In this document: in pieces, positions 53,288 to 64,000 of the stretch
Layout: each line of letters opens with the position of its first letter
Position numbering within the stretch: position 1 is the first letter of the stretch
Origin: an uncultured Bacteroidota bacterium
Lineage (GTDB): Bacteria; Bacteroidota; Ignavibacteria; UBA10030; UBA6906
Assembly (NCBI GenBank): GCA_963700635.1
Contig: CAVOYH010000002.1
Location: 174,413 to 238,412, forward strand
Direction of reading: 5' to 3'
DNA length: 64,000 nucleotides
Made by a program: the position numbers and the translations under genes
The notes under the pieces: generated by a model
The model's input: only the letters and a program-made list of their open reading frames with translations
The model's database searches: none
Told to the model about the DNA's origin: nothing

Positions 53288-54846
53288 ATGGACTTGCTGA
53301 CCTCGCCTGAACACATGCACTCTTTTGACCGGGACGCCATGACCAGGCGCCACATTCCCGGTATTGTGTTGATGGAGAATGCCGGACGCGCCTGTGTAGA
53401 CCGGCTCGAGAATGTACTCCACGGTGTAGCAGGTAAGTCTGTTGTGGTGGTCTGCGGAAAGGGAAACAACGGTGGAGACGGCTTCGTTATCGCGCGCCAC
53501 CTTCTGAACCGCGGGGCCACTGTTGGTGTTTTCCTTCTCGCACGTAAAACCGCCGTACGGAATGATGCAGCGGTGAATCTGAAGATCCTTCTCTCGCTGC
53601 CGGCGGTGCTGAGCAAACGGCTGAAAATCCGCGAGTTACCCACTTCCTTCCGCGTCCCACCTTCTCTGAAACCGGACATCATTGTTGATGCAATTTTCGG
53701 CACAGGTTTTAGCGGTTCTCCAGGCGGGGTCTTCAAGGGTGCTATTGATTGGATCAATGTGCAGCGGGCTTTTGTGATGGCGGTCGACATTCCCTCGGGA
53801 GTTGAAAGCGGATCGGGTGCTGTCCGGGGTGTCGCAGTGCGTGCCGACCTGACTGTGACGATGGGTGCCGCCAAGATCGGCCATTATCTCGGGAAAGGTC
53901 CGGAACAGAGTGGCGACGTTGAGGTGGTGGATATCGGTATTGCCTATGCTCCCGTACAGGGCTCCGGACAACCTGTTTATCGGGTCCGGGCATCTGATAT
54001 CCGACGCCTTCTCCCTGATCGCCCGTTAAATGCCCACAAATACTCTGTTGGGAAGGTGTTTGTGCTCGGCGGATCCCGCCCCTACACGGGTGCACCGGCT
54101 CTGGCAGCACGGGCCGCACTCCGGGCGGGCGCAGGCGCGGTTGTGCTCGGTGTTCCCGGGTCGATTCACTCCATCCTGTCGAAAAAGCTTCACGAGGTGA
54201 TTGTCCAGGGACTGGAAGAAACTGATGATGGGACGCTTTCGCCCCGGGCGCGGGACGTGATTGAATCCCGTCTTGCATGGGCTGACGTGGTTCTGCTCGG
54301 CCCCGGGCTGGGCCGTCATGCAGACACCGACAGTCTGCTTCTTGAAATCTACCGTTCATGTCCGAAACCGGTGGTTGTTGATGCGGATTGTTTGACCGCA
54401 ATCGCCTTGTCGACGCGCCCGATTCAGAGGAAGGGCGGACTGACGGTCCTGACACCACATGCCGGAGAGATGTCGCGCCTTCTCGGGATTGAAGCCCTGG
54501 AGGTGGACCGGCGTCGGCTTGATGTCGCTTCTGAAGCGGCAAGAAAATTCCGCGCCGTCGTCGTGCTGAAGGGCGCGCCCACAATTACAGCCTCTGACAA
54601 GGGAATTTTTGTGGTAAACTCAACAGGAAATCCCGGGATGGCGACGATAGGGATGGGGGATGTGCTTGGAGGTTTGATCGCTGGCCTCATCGCCCAGGGA
54701 ATGCCGGCCTTCGAAGGTGCCTATGCCGGGGTATTTCTGCATGGGCGGGCGGGAGATATGGCGGCAGAGAAATACGGTGAACGTTCTTTGCTTGCATCCG
54801 ATGTCCTCGAGTTCTTGCCTGAAGCAATCAGGGCGGTCGAAAACGA

Positions 54847-54850
<4 letters not shown>
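53288..54850 (+). CDS. nnr: Bifunctional NAD(P)H-hydrate epimerase/dehydratase (YjeF)
   Basis: LMENAG, GKGNNGGDG, DAIFGTG, VDIPSG; GPGLG, VDAD, TPH.GE, GMGDVL. Confidence 0.94.
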
Positions 54851-56483
<1,633 letters not shown>

Positions 56484-56515
56484 CCCATCTACATAATCCT
56501 TCAACGGAGGTTCAC

Positions 56516-56851
56516 GTGACACAAGCTGCATTTCTTCTCATGGGACAACCCCAGGGTGGAAACCCTACGGACAGTCTGATCAGCACCCTGATCATGTTCG
56601 CACTCATCATTGGTATCTTCTATTTTATGATCCTCCGGCCGCAACAAAAACGCCAGAAAGAACGGCAGAAGATGCTGGATGCGGTCAAAAAGGGAGACAA
56701 GGTTGTAACAGCCGGTGGGATGCATGGAACCGTCGCAGGACTTGATGAGAAGACACTGTTACTCCAGATTGCCGACAATGTGAAGGTGAAACTCGACCGG
56801 TCCGCCGTTACCACGATCGTTCGCGAAGGTGAAAGTCTTGAGAAGTCCTGA
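56516..56851 (+). CDS. yajC: Preprotein translocase subunit YajC
   Basis: FYFMILRPQQKRQK, GDKVVTAGG.HG; GGAGG SD before GTG 56516; follows tgt. Confidence 0.95.
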   Translation: MTQAAFLLMGQPQGGNPTDSLISTLIMFALIIGIFYFMILRPQQKRQKERQKMLDAVKKGDKVVTAGGMHGTVAGLDEKTLLLQIADNVKVKLDRSAVTTIVREGESLEKS

Positions 56852-56879
56852 ATTGTGCCACTGCTCACTCCGGTAATCC

Positions 56880-58109
56880 ATGCGCGCGTTTGACACCATC
56901 GAAAATGCCCTGGCCGATCTCCGTCGTGGTAAGACGCTGATCGTTGTGGACGACGAAGACCGCGAGAATGAAGGAGACTTTGTTTGCGCGGCTGAGTTCG
57001 TAACGCCTGCCGCCATCAATTTTCTCGCGGCGAACGGGAGGGGAATTATCTGCGCTCCGGTGGAAAGCGCGCGCGCGGAAGCGCTTGGTCTGATGCCGAT
57101 GGTGGGCGTGAATACCTCCCTTCACGAGACTCCCTTCACGGTTTCCGTTGATGTGGTACACGGGACAACAACCGGCGTGTCAGCCGCTGATCGGTCAGCG
57201 ACCGTCCACGCACTTGCGGATCCCTCTACCGAGCCTTCGGACCTGGCGCGACCCGGCCACATTTTTCCGCTCCGGGCGATGGACGGCGGCGTGTTGAGGC
57301 GGGCAGGGCATACGGAAGCTGTCGTGGATCTCTGCCGGCTCGCCGGGCTCACGCCGGTGGGGGTCCTCTGTGAGATTATGAACCCCGATGGCACCATGGC
57401 GCGCGTGCCCGACCTCTTTCTCCTCGCCGATCAGCACGGGATGCGGATCATCACAGTCAAAGACCTTATTGCCTACCGGATGCGCGGCGAGAAGCTCATT
57501 GAGCGGATCGTCAGCACAACACTGCCGACACGGTATGGAGTATTCCAGCTCACGCTCTTCAAGAGTACGTTGGACCAGCAGGAGCACATCGCTCTCGTAA
57601 AAGGGACGATCCGCCCTGATGTTCCCGCGCTGGTCCGGGTTCATTCCGAATGCCTTACGGGGGACGCTTTTGGTTCGTTGCGGTGCGATTGTAACGAGCA
57701 GCTGAACGCTGCGCTGGCCATGGTCCAGAAAGCCGACTCTGGTGCAGTGCTCTACATGAGGCAGGAGGGGAGGGGGATCGGACTGATCAACAAGCTTCAG
57801 GCGTACCGGCTCCAGGATGAGGGGCTGGACACGGTTGAGGCCAACGAGCGGCTGGGTTTCCGTGCCGATCTCCGCGATTATGGTATAGGCGCACAGATCC
57901 TTAAGGACCTGGGTCTGGGAAAAATGCGTCTGCTGACCAACAATCCCAAGAAGGTTGTCGGACTGCAGGGATACGGGTTGGATATCGTGGAAAGGGTCTC
58001 GCTCGAAGTTATCCCCAATGCCACAAACGAGAGATATCTGAAAACAAAGCGCGACAAACTCGGACACCTCATTCTCCTGAACAGGCCCGAAACGGACACC
58101 GGGTCCTGA
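56880..58109 (+). CDS. ribBA: Bifunctional DHBP synthase / GTP cyclohydrolase II
   Basis: [25 protein letters not shown]; [30 protein letters not shown]. Confidence 0.97.
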   Translation: MRAFDTIENALADLRRGKTLIVVDDEDRENEGDFVCAAEFVTPAAINFLAANGRGIICAPVESARAEALGLMPMVGVNTSLHETPFTVSVDVVHGTTTGVSAADRSATVHALADPSTEPSDLARPGHIFPLRAMDGGVLRRAGHTEAVVDLCRLAGLTPVGVLCEIMNPDGTMARVPDLFLLADQHGMRIITVKDLIAYRMRGEKLIERIVSTTLPTRYGVFQLTLFKSTLDQQEHIALVKGTIRPDVPALVRVHSECLTGDAFGSLRCDCNEQLNAALAMVQKADSGAVLYMRQEGRGIGLINKLQAYRLQDEGLDTVEANERLGFRADLRDYGIGAQILKDLGLGKMRLLTNNPKKVVGLQGYGLDIVERVSLEVIPNATNERYLKTKRDKLGHLILLNRPETDTGS

Positions 58110-58187
58110 TGTGTACTTTCCCCTTGCTTTTGTGGTAGGGGATATTGTACCTTTCCTCTAGTTGCTGAACAGGCTGTACATCTTGTC

Positions 58188-58230
58188 GCCACCATTCGCC
58201 CAGCGGATGATGGCAATTTTTTTTGTTTTT
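58188..58230 (+). terminator. Terminator-like hairpin in the greA 5' region
   Basis: GCCACCATTCG-cccag-CGGATGATGGC then AA and a long T tract, 25 nt before the greA ATG. Confidence 0.65.
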
Positions 58231-58254
58231 GTTACCTATCACTGAGGCCAGCAT

Positions 58255-58743
58255 ATGCAAGATGACGGCATCGGTACCAGCGTCTATTTGACGCGTGAAC
58301 GTCTCTCTGAACTCGAGCAGGAACTCCGCGTGCTGAAGACATCCGGCCGGAAGAGTATGGCGGCGAAGATCGCGGAGGCACGGGGTCATGGCGATCTTTC
58401 GGAGAATGCCGAATACGATGCAGCAAAGGAAGAGCAGCAGCATCACGAGGCAAAGATCGCCCGGCTCGAGCTGACGCTCTCCCGGGCAAAGATCATCGAA
58501 GCGCGCGACCTCCCCAATGACAAGATCTACATTCTCAGCCGGGTAAAACTGAAGGATCTGAAGACGGGTGAACTTTGCGAGTACCTTCTGGTGTCACCGG
58601 AAGAATCCAATTTCGAGCAGAACAAGATCTCCGTCAGTTCGCCTATCGGGAAAGGTATGCTCGGCAAGAAGCCGGGAGACGTTATTGAAGTGACGGTTCC
58701 TGTTGGCATCATCCGCTACAAGATCCTCGAAGTGAACCGGTGA
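58255..58743 (+). CDS. greA: Transcription elongation factor GreA
   Basis: AR.HGDLSENAEYDAAKE, IS..SPIGK..LGK..GD. Confidence 0.96.
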   Translation: MQDDGIGTSVYLTRERLSELEQELRVLKTSGRKSMAAKIAEARGHGDLSENAEYDAAKEEQQHHEAKIARLELTLSRAKIIEARDLPNDKIYILSRVKLKDLKTGELCEYLLVSPEESNFEQNKISVSSPIGKGMLGKKPGDVIEVTVPVGIIRYKILEVNR

Positions 58744-58752
58744 AGTATCCCC

Positions 58753-59280
58753 GTGGCCTCCAACCTGGAGCTCAAAAGCAGCACTGACTCTCTGGCACAA
58801 GCGCACGCTGTGGCGCTCGGACTGGGGTTACGTCCGGCCGAAATCCTGAATCAGACCGACATCTATTTTGATGTGCCCCATGGCCGGTTGAAGCTCCGTC
58901 TTTTGGCAGGAAAAACAGCGGAGTTGATACAGTACGACCGGAGTGATGACCGGACGTCGCGGTGGAGCACGTATACGCGGCATGAGGTCCGTGATCCGGG
59001 CATACTTCAGGCGATGCTTTCCAGAGCCCTAGGTGTCCGGGGCGTGGTGCGGAAGAACCGGACCGTGTACCTGTATGAGACGGCCCGCATTCACCTGGAT
59101 AGTGTGGAGGGGCTGGGTGACTTCCTGGAGTTCGAGATCGTGGAGACCGAGGAAAACAGGGCATCCGCATTAATGGAAAAATTAATAATCAACTTTTCCA
59201 TTGCGCAAATGGACATAATTGGTGAATCATATATAGATTTGATAGAGAAAAGGGGTATTTCAAACCCGGAGCAAGCTTGA
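58753..59280 (+). CDS. CYTH domain protein (class IV adenylate cyclase-like)
   Basis: N-terminal ELK, QTDIYF, RLKLR, K.R, HLD.V.GLG.FLE.E, SY.DL. Confidence 0.9.
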   Translation: MASNLELKSSTDSLAQAHAVALGLGLRPAEILNQTDIYFDVPHGRLKLRLLAGKTAELIQYDRSDDRTSRWSTYTRHEVRDPGILQAMLSRALGVRGVVRKNRTVYLYETARIHLDSVEGLGDFLEFEIVETEENRASALMEKLIINFSIAQMDIIGESYIDLIEKRGISNPEQA

Positions 59281-59375
59281 CTTCTTTTCCGGACGGGTGT
59301 ATATTGTACGAGTGCTCCGGGACGCAACGCGGCATGGAGAAAGTCCTTGCTTGAAGGGCGGTGAATTTGTATATT
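59277..59375 (+). promoter_or_regulatory. Tandem sigma70-type promoters for the tRNA cluster
   Basis: TTGACT-17-TATATT (59277-59305) and TTGCTT-17-TATATT (59347-59375), preceded by an AT-rich stretch. Confidence 0.7.
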
Positions 59376-59387
59376 GCCCGTAGCGTC

Positions 59388-59460
<73 letters not shown>

Positions 59461-59535
59461 CTGTCCCGCGTCAACGGGACAGGCGGCTTCGGCAATCGCG
59501 CCGAGCCACCGCTGTACTCTTCCTCTTTTAGACAG

Positions 59536-59578
59536 CCCCGCCGCCCCCAATCCCACCAGGCGGCGGGGTTTTGTTTTT
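59536..59578 (+). terminator. Intrinsic terminator-like hairpin between tRNA-Gly and tRNA-Cys
   Basis: CCCCGCCGCC...GGCGGCGGGG perfect 10-bp stem followed by TTTTGTTTTT. Confidence 0.75.
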
Positions 59579-59594
59579 GAGCAGGAGAGGTGAT

Positions 59595-59667
59595 GGCGAC
59601 GTACCCAAGTGGCTAAGGGGGAGGTCTGCAAAACCTCTATGCATCGGTTCGAATCCGATCGTCGCCT
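59595..59667 (+). tRNA. tRNA-Cys (GCA)
   Basis: GGCGACG/CGTCGCC acceptor stem, GAGGT-CTGCAAA-ACCTC anticodon arm, U73 discriminator. Confidence 0.96.
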
Positions 59668-59882
59668 CTATCAAGAAAATGCCCGAATTCTGAACGCCCG
59701 GTCCACTCCTCCGGGCGTTGTGCATTCTGACGAAGGCATTTGACTTGCTTTTTCGGGGTGAATACTTTACCTTTATATGACAAGGCCATATGCGCAGGCA
59801 TGTTGGCGTGGTCACGCTGAGGGAACGAGGACATTTTGATTCCCAAAGCACGATTTTGCGGACACCCGGGGCAAACTTGCGG

Positions 59883-59968
59883 GCCGGGGTGGCGGAATTG
59901 GTAGACGCAAAGGACTTAAAATCCTTTGGGCTGCAAGGCCCGTGCCGGTTCAAGTCCGGCCCTCGGTA
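59883..59968 (+). tRNA. tRNA-Leu (TAA)
   Basis: GGCGGAATTGGTAGACGC D-arm, AAGGA-CTTAAAA-TCCTT anticodon arm, long variable arm GGGC...GCCC, TTCAAGTC T-loop. Confidence 0.96.
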
Positions 59969-60003
59969 CGAGTGCCATTATAAGGCCGTTGCGTGAGAAT
60001 GCC

Positions 60004-60077
<74 letters not shown>

Positions 60078-60095
60078 CTGCGCGTCACATCGTCT

Positions 60096-60131
60096 GTCCC
60101 GCGCGTCCTCGACGTTAGGGACTTTTTTTTT
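60096..60131 (+). terminator. Terminator-like hairpin after tRNA-Val
   Basis: GTCCC..CGTC-ctc-GACG..GGGAC followed by T9. Confidence 0.65.
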
Positions 60132-60152
60132 CTACGGAATACACCTGTAAGG

Positions 60153-62092
60153 ATGGAACAGATCATCATAACTCTCCCGGACGGTTCCACACGGTCCTTT
60201 GACAGTGGTGTGACGGGAGCCCAAATTGCCGAGAGTATCAGCAAAGGTCTCGCGCGGGAAGCTCTTGCGGCGTCGGTGAATGGCGTGACATGGGATCTCG
60301 CCAGGCCTATCCGCCAGAATGCCTCTATCCGCATCCTTACGTGGAAAGACGAAGAAGGGCGCAAAGCGTACTGGCATAGCTCCGCGCACCTGATGGCTGA
60401 AGCTATTGAATCATTATTCCCGGGTACAAAGTTCGGCATCGGACCTCCCATCGATATTGGATTCTACTACGACCTGGATCTCGGGGGACACTCTATTACC
60501 CAGGAAGACCTGGGCCGGATAGAGGGACGGATGGTGGAGCTTGCCAAGCGTGACGCTCCCTATCTGCGGGAAGAAAAAGAATGGAGCCAGGCCGTAGACT
60601 ATTTCTCCGGCAAGGGTGATCAATACAAGCTGGAGCTTCTGGATGGACTCAAAGACCAGGAGATCAGCTTCTACCACTCCGGAGACTTTACCGATCTTTG
60701 TGCCGGACCGCATATTCCGTCCGCCGGACGGATCAAGGCGATCAGATTGCTGAATGTCGCCGGCGCCTACTGGCGCGGGAATGAAAAGAACAAGATGCTG
60801 CAACGCATCTACGGGGTTACATTCCCGAACCAGAAAGAGCTGGATCAATACCTCCACCGGCTTGAGGAGGCAAAACGCCGTGATCACCGCAAGTTGGGGA
60901 CAGAACTGGAATTGTTCCTCCTGACCCCCATCGTCGGCGGAGGACTTCCCATCTGGTTGCCCAAAGGCACAGTCGTCCGGGAATCTCTGGAGACATTCCT
61001 GAGGGATGAACAGCGTAAACGCGGGTATCAGCCGGTCGTGACCCCGCACATCGGAAATCTTAATCTGTACAAACAGAGCGGGCACTACCCGTATTACAAA
61101 GACAGTCAGTTTCCGCCGATACAGGTGGAGCATGAGCAGTATCTTTTGAAGCCCATGAACTGCCCGCATCATCACCAGGTGTATCTGGCGAAACCGCGCA
61201 GCTACCGCGATTTGCCCATCCGGCTCGCTGAATTCGGAACGGTCTACCGCTATGAGCAATCCGGTGAACTGAACGGACTCACGCGGGTGCGGTCGTTTAC
61301 ACAGGATGACTCCCACCTGTATGTGCGGCAGGACCAGTTGAAGGATGAACTGTGCAAAGTGATTGAGCTGATCCAGCTTGTGTTTGGTACTCTCGGTTTT
61401 GACGACTTCAAAACCCGCCTCTCGTTCAGAGATCCGGGGAACACTACGAAGTATGGCGGGGCCGATGAGCAATGGATTCAGGCTGAGCGGGACATCAAGG
61501 AAGCAGCGGATGCGATGAAGCTGGCGTATTCTGTTGCCATCGGCGAAGCGGCGTTTTACGGACCCAAGATCGACTTCATGGTGCAGGATGCGCTCGGCCG
61601 GACCTGGCAGCTGGGAACCGTGCAGGTAGACTATGTGATGCCGGAACGATTCGATCTTGAGTACACCGGCAGCGATGGTCAGAAACACCGGCCCGTGATC
61701 ATCCACCGGGCCCCGTTCGGTTCGCTGGAACGTTTTATCGGGATTTTGATCGAGCACTTTGCCGGCGAATTCCCCTTGTGGCTCGCTCCGGTGCATGCGG
61801 TGGTGTTGCCGATAACAGACGCTCACGCGGAGTACGCCCGGGAAGTCTATGCTGCTCTTGAGGCAGCGGGTTTACGCGCGGAGATCGACGAACGGAACGA
61901 AAAAATAGGGTACAAGATCCGGGAGTGGGAGACGAAGAAAGTGTCCTACATGCTGGTCGTCGGCGAGAAGGAAAAACAAAACGGCACGGTGGCAGTCCGG
62001 GTGCACAAACAAGGTGATCAGGGGGCGGTACCCAAAGAGAGTTTATCCGGACACTCCGGGAAAAAGTAGAAACAAAATCACTCATAGTGTAG
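60153..62092 (+). CDS. thrS: Threonine--tRNA ligase (apparent 1-nt deletion near 62040; as read it stops at 62069)
   Basis: TGS domain, HSSAH, DLC.GPH, RDHRKLG, KPMNCPHH, FYGPKID, IHRA. The shifted frame continues EFIRTLREKVETKSLIV* to TAG 62090-62092. Confidence 0.96.
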
Positions 62093-62103
62093 GAGGACAG
62101 TCC

Positions 62104-62706
62104 ATTAGCAAGGAGAAACGCGGTCGCATCAACGAAGAGATCCGTGTCCCAGAGGTGCGGGTCATCGACCAACATGGCGCCCAGCTGGGCGTGATGGTTC
62201 CATCGGAGGCTATTGCGCTGGCCCGGGATCGGGAAGCTGATCTTGTGGAGATCGTGCCCAATGCCAAGCCCCCGGTGTGCAAAATCATCAACTTCGGAAA
62301 ATTTAAGTACGAGTTGGCCAAGAAAGACAAGCTGCAAAAGAAGCATCAGCATGTCTCCCTGTTGAAAGAATTGCGCTTTCACCCCAATACGGATGTCCAT
62401 GATTTCGAGTTCAAGGCACGGCATGCCAGAAACTTTCTGACGGAAGGTCACAAGGTGAAGGCTACGGTGGTGTTTAAGGGGCGAGAAATCACGTATAAGG
62501 AAAAGGGGGAATTGTTGCTCGCGCGGCTTGTCGAACGCATCAGCGACATCTCGAAAATCGATCAGCCCGCCCATATGGAGGGTCGGAGCATGATCATGAT
62601 CCTGGTCCCTGATCGCAAAAAGAAGTTGGAACTCAAAGAAGCAAAAGAAGCAAAAGCAGAAGAACAGACCCAGCCAAACGTCGAAACGAAATCCGTCGCG
62701 GACTGA
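62104..62706 (+). CDS. infC: Translation initiation factor IF-3, ATT start codon
   Basis: RINEEIR..EVRVI, DLVEI.P.AKPPVCKI, KELR, HD..FK. AGGAGG at 62091-62096 lies 7 nt before the in-frame ATT at 62104. Confidence 0.95.
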   Translation: MSKEKRGRINEEIRVPEVRVIDQHGAQLGVMVPSEAIALARDREADLVEIVPNAKPPVCKIINFGKFKYELAKKDKLQKKHQHVSLLKELRFHPNTDVHDFEFKARHARNFLTEGHKVKATVVFKGREITYKEKGELLLARLVERISDISKIDQPAHMEGRSMIMILVPDRKKKLELKEAKEAKAEEQTQPNVETKSVAD

Positions 62707-62751
62707 CACCTGTCCGAAGACAGACGTATCCATTGTCGAAAGGGAAGTACA

Positions 62752-62946
62752 ATGCCAAAAATGAAGACGCGCAGCGGAGCCAAGAAGCGGTTCTCCCTGA
62801 CCGCCAGCGGCAAGGTAAAGCGCGCAACTGCATACCGCAGCCACATCCTGACGTCAAAATCGCGCAAGAGGAAACGTAAGCTGCGCGGAACGCACTATGT
62901 GGCAACCAGCGATGAAAAGTCGGTGCGCGGAATGCTGAACGTCTAA
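62752..62946 (+). CDS. rpmI: 50S ribosomal protein L35
   Basis: MPKMKT.SGAKKRF..TASGK, HIL..KS.KRKR.LR. Confidence 0.97.
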   Translation: MPKMKTRSGAKKRFSLTASGKVKRATAYRSHILTSKSRKRKRKLRGTHYVATSDEKSVRGMLNV

Positions 62947-63021
62947 AGGACAATCCCCGCGGCCTGTCAAACCGGGCTGCGGTATTCATTCACCATAACA
63001 CACAAAGGACAAGCGCAACTT

Positions 63022-63370
63022 ATGCCACGCTCGCAGAACAAAGTTGCCTCCCATCGCCGTCGCAAACGTATTCTGGAACAAGCGAAAGGCTACTGGGGAG
63101 CGAGAAGCAAGGTCCTCACCGTTGCAAAACATCACGTGGACAAAGGTCTGCAGTATGCCTATCGTGATCGGCGCACGAAAAAACGGACTTTCCGCCAGCT
63201 CTGGATCACCCGTATTAATGCGGGAGCCAGATTGCATGGCACAACCTATTCACGACTGATAGCCGCACTCAACAAGAAAGAGATCGACATCAATCGCAAG
63301 ATCCTCGCGGACCTTGCAGCGAACAATGCCGGCTGCTTTCGCCGAAGTGGTGAAGTTCGCCCTCTCCTGA
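63022..63370 (+). CDS. rplT: 50S ribosomal protein L20 (apparent 1-nt insertion near 63328)
   Basis: [37 protein letters not shown]. The shifted frame gives [13 protein letters not shown] ending at 63370. Confidence 0.95.
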
Positions 63371-63377
63371 TTCACCC

Positions 63378-63426
63378 CGAATCTTCCCATACGACGGCGC
63401 AATACGTCTGCGTGTGGGAAGATTCG
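63378..63426 (+). other. Long inverted repeat (stem-loop) between rplT and pheS
   Basis: CGAATCTTCCCATACG (63378-63393) pairs with CGTGTGGGAAGATTCG (63411-63426), 16 bp with one G-U pair. Confidence 0.7.
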
Positions 63427-63448
63427 CACTTTCTGGAGTACGTTTTCC

Positions 63449-64000
63449 ATGCTTGATCAGATTGCCGCCCTGCGCGTCCAGGCCGAAACCGACCTCACTG
63501 CAGCCGGAGATCGTGCCTCTCTGGAAGCCTTCCGTGTGACCTACCTCGCACGTAAGGGAAAAATTGCAGATCTATTTGACGCACTCCGTACCGCGGCGCC
63601 GGATGATCGGCCGGTTCTGGGGAAACATCTCAATGCGCTGCGGACATCAATCCAGGAGCAGTTCGATCAGAAACTCGCAGCGGCGGGCCAGGAGACAGTC
63701 CGTACTGCCGCGATCGACCTGACTCTGCCGGGCAGGCGGGCTCCGCTCGGTTCCCGTCACCCCCTGACCCAGGTTCTGGACGAGATGAAGGCAGTATTTG
63801 TGTCGATGGGCTTCGGCATCGCCGACGGACCGGAGATCGAAGACGACTATCACAATTTTGAAGCACTAAATTTCCCCCCGGACCATCCTGCGCGTGATAT
63901 GCAGGATACGTTCTTTCTGAATCGTACGGCATTACTCCGCACGCACACGTCGCCGGTGCAGGTCCGTGTGATGAAGAACATCCTCCCCCTGTCCGGGTGA
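63449..64000 (+). CDS. pheS: Phenylalanine--tRNA ligase alpha subunit, 3' truncated by the window edge
   Basis: [47 protein letters not shown]. The final TGA is probably out of frame after an indel near 63977. Confidence 0.96.
   Translation: MLDQIAALRVQAETDLTAAGDRASLEAFRVTYLARKGKIADLFDALRTAAPDDRPVLGKHLNALRTSIQEQFDQKLAAAGQETVRTAAIDLTLPGRRAPLGSRHPLTQVLDEMKAVFVSMGFGIADGPEIEDDYHNFEALNFPPDHPARDMQDTFFLNRTALLRTHTSPVQVRVMKNILPLSG

Noticed and set aside
59160-59270. AT-rich patch as a sign of horizontal transfer
   Set aside because: It is short, lies within the CYTH CDS and directly precedes the tRNA promoters; better explained as a UP-element-like region.
60414-62844. Long antisense ORFs (470 aa and 369 aa) opposite thrS/infC, and similar ones opposite tgt, ribBA, the antiporter and nadC
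   Set aside because: They are shadows of well-conserved genes in GC-rich DNA and show no protein motifs.
63328-63456. C-terminally extended L20, or programmed frameshifting in rplT, thrS or pheS
   Set aside because: No slippery heptamers; single-base corrections restore canonical ends, so sequencing error is more parsimonious.

Overview
A gene-dense, mostly + strand window from a fairly GC-rich bacterium. The T9SS-type C-terminal sorting domain, the BtuB/BtuG pair and the gene order suggest the FCB group, probably Ignavibacteria-like; this taxonomy is inference. From 1 to 16.2 kb lies a surface-glycan locus (Wzz-like, O-antigen ligase/polymerase, Wzx, GT2/GT4 enzymes, priming sugar transferase, Wzi-like, DegT, Dpm1-like, and a GT2 fused to a degenerate phosphoglycosyl transferase). 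Housekeeping genes follow: accA, thioesterase, an unannotated Trm112-like ORF, nadC, flippase, DUF1385, prfA, tadA and a nitroreductase. The accessory block at 23.3-36.1 kb holds a propeller lipoprotein, a ~1950 aa protein of 19 FN3-like repeats with a T9SS CTD plus a coupled YjfB-like ORF, and a divergent cobalamin riboswitch-btuB-btuG-metallophosphoesterase unit. The rest is gltX, folB, folK, dNK, GT9, nadA, asnS, an ABC exporter, nuoJKLM-[IT-family antiporter]-nuoN, nnr, vanZ-like, tgt, yajC, ribBA, greA, CYTH, four tRNAs and thrS-infC(AUU start)-rpmI-rplT-pheS. Three single-base frameshifts in the last 2 kb look like sequencing errors. I found no CRISPR array, transposase, integrase or prophage. 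The best leads are the antiporter embedded in the complex I membrane-arm operon, the possibly B12-regulated atypical phosphoesterase, and the FN3-stalk/YjfB pair. None can be called novel without database searches.
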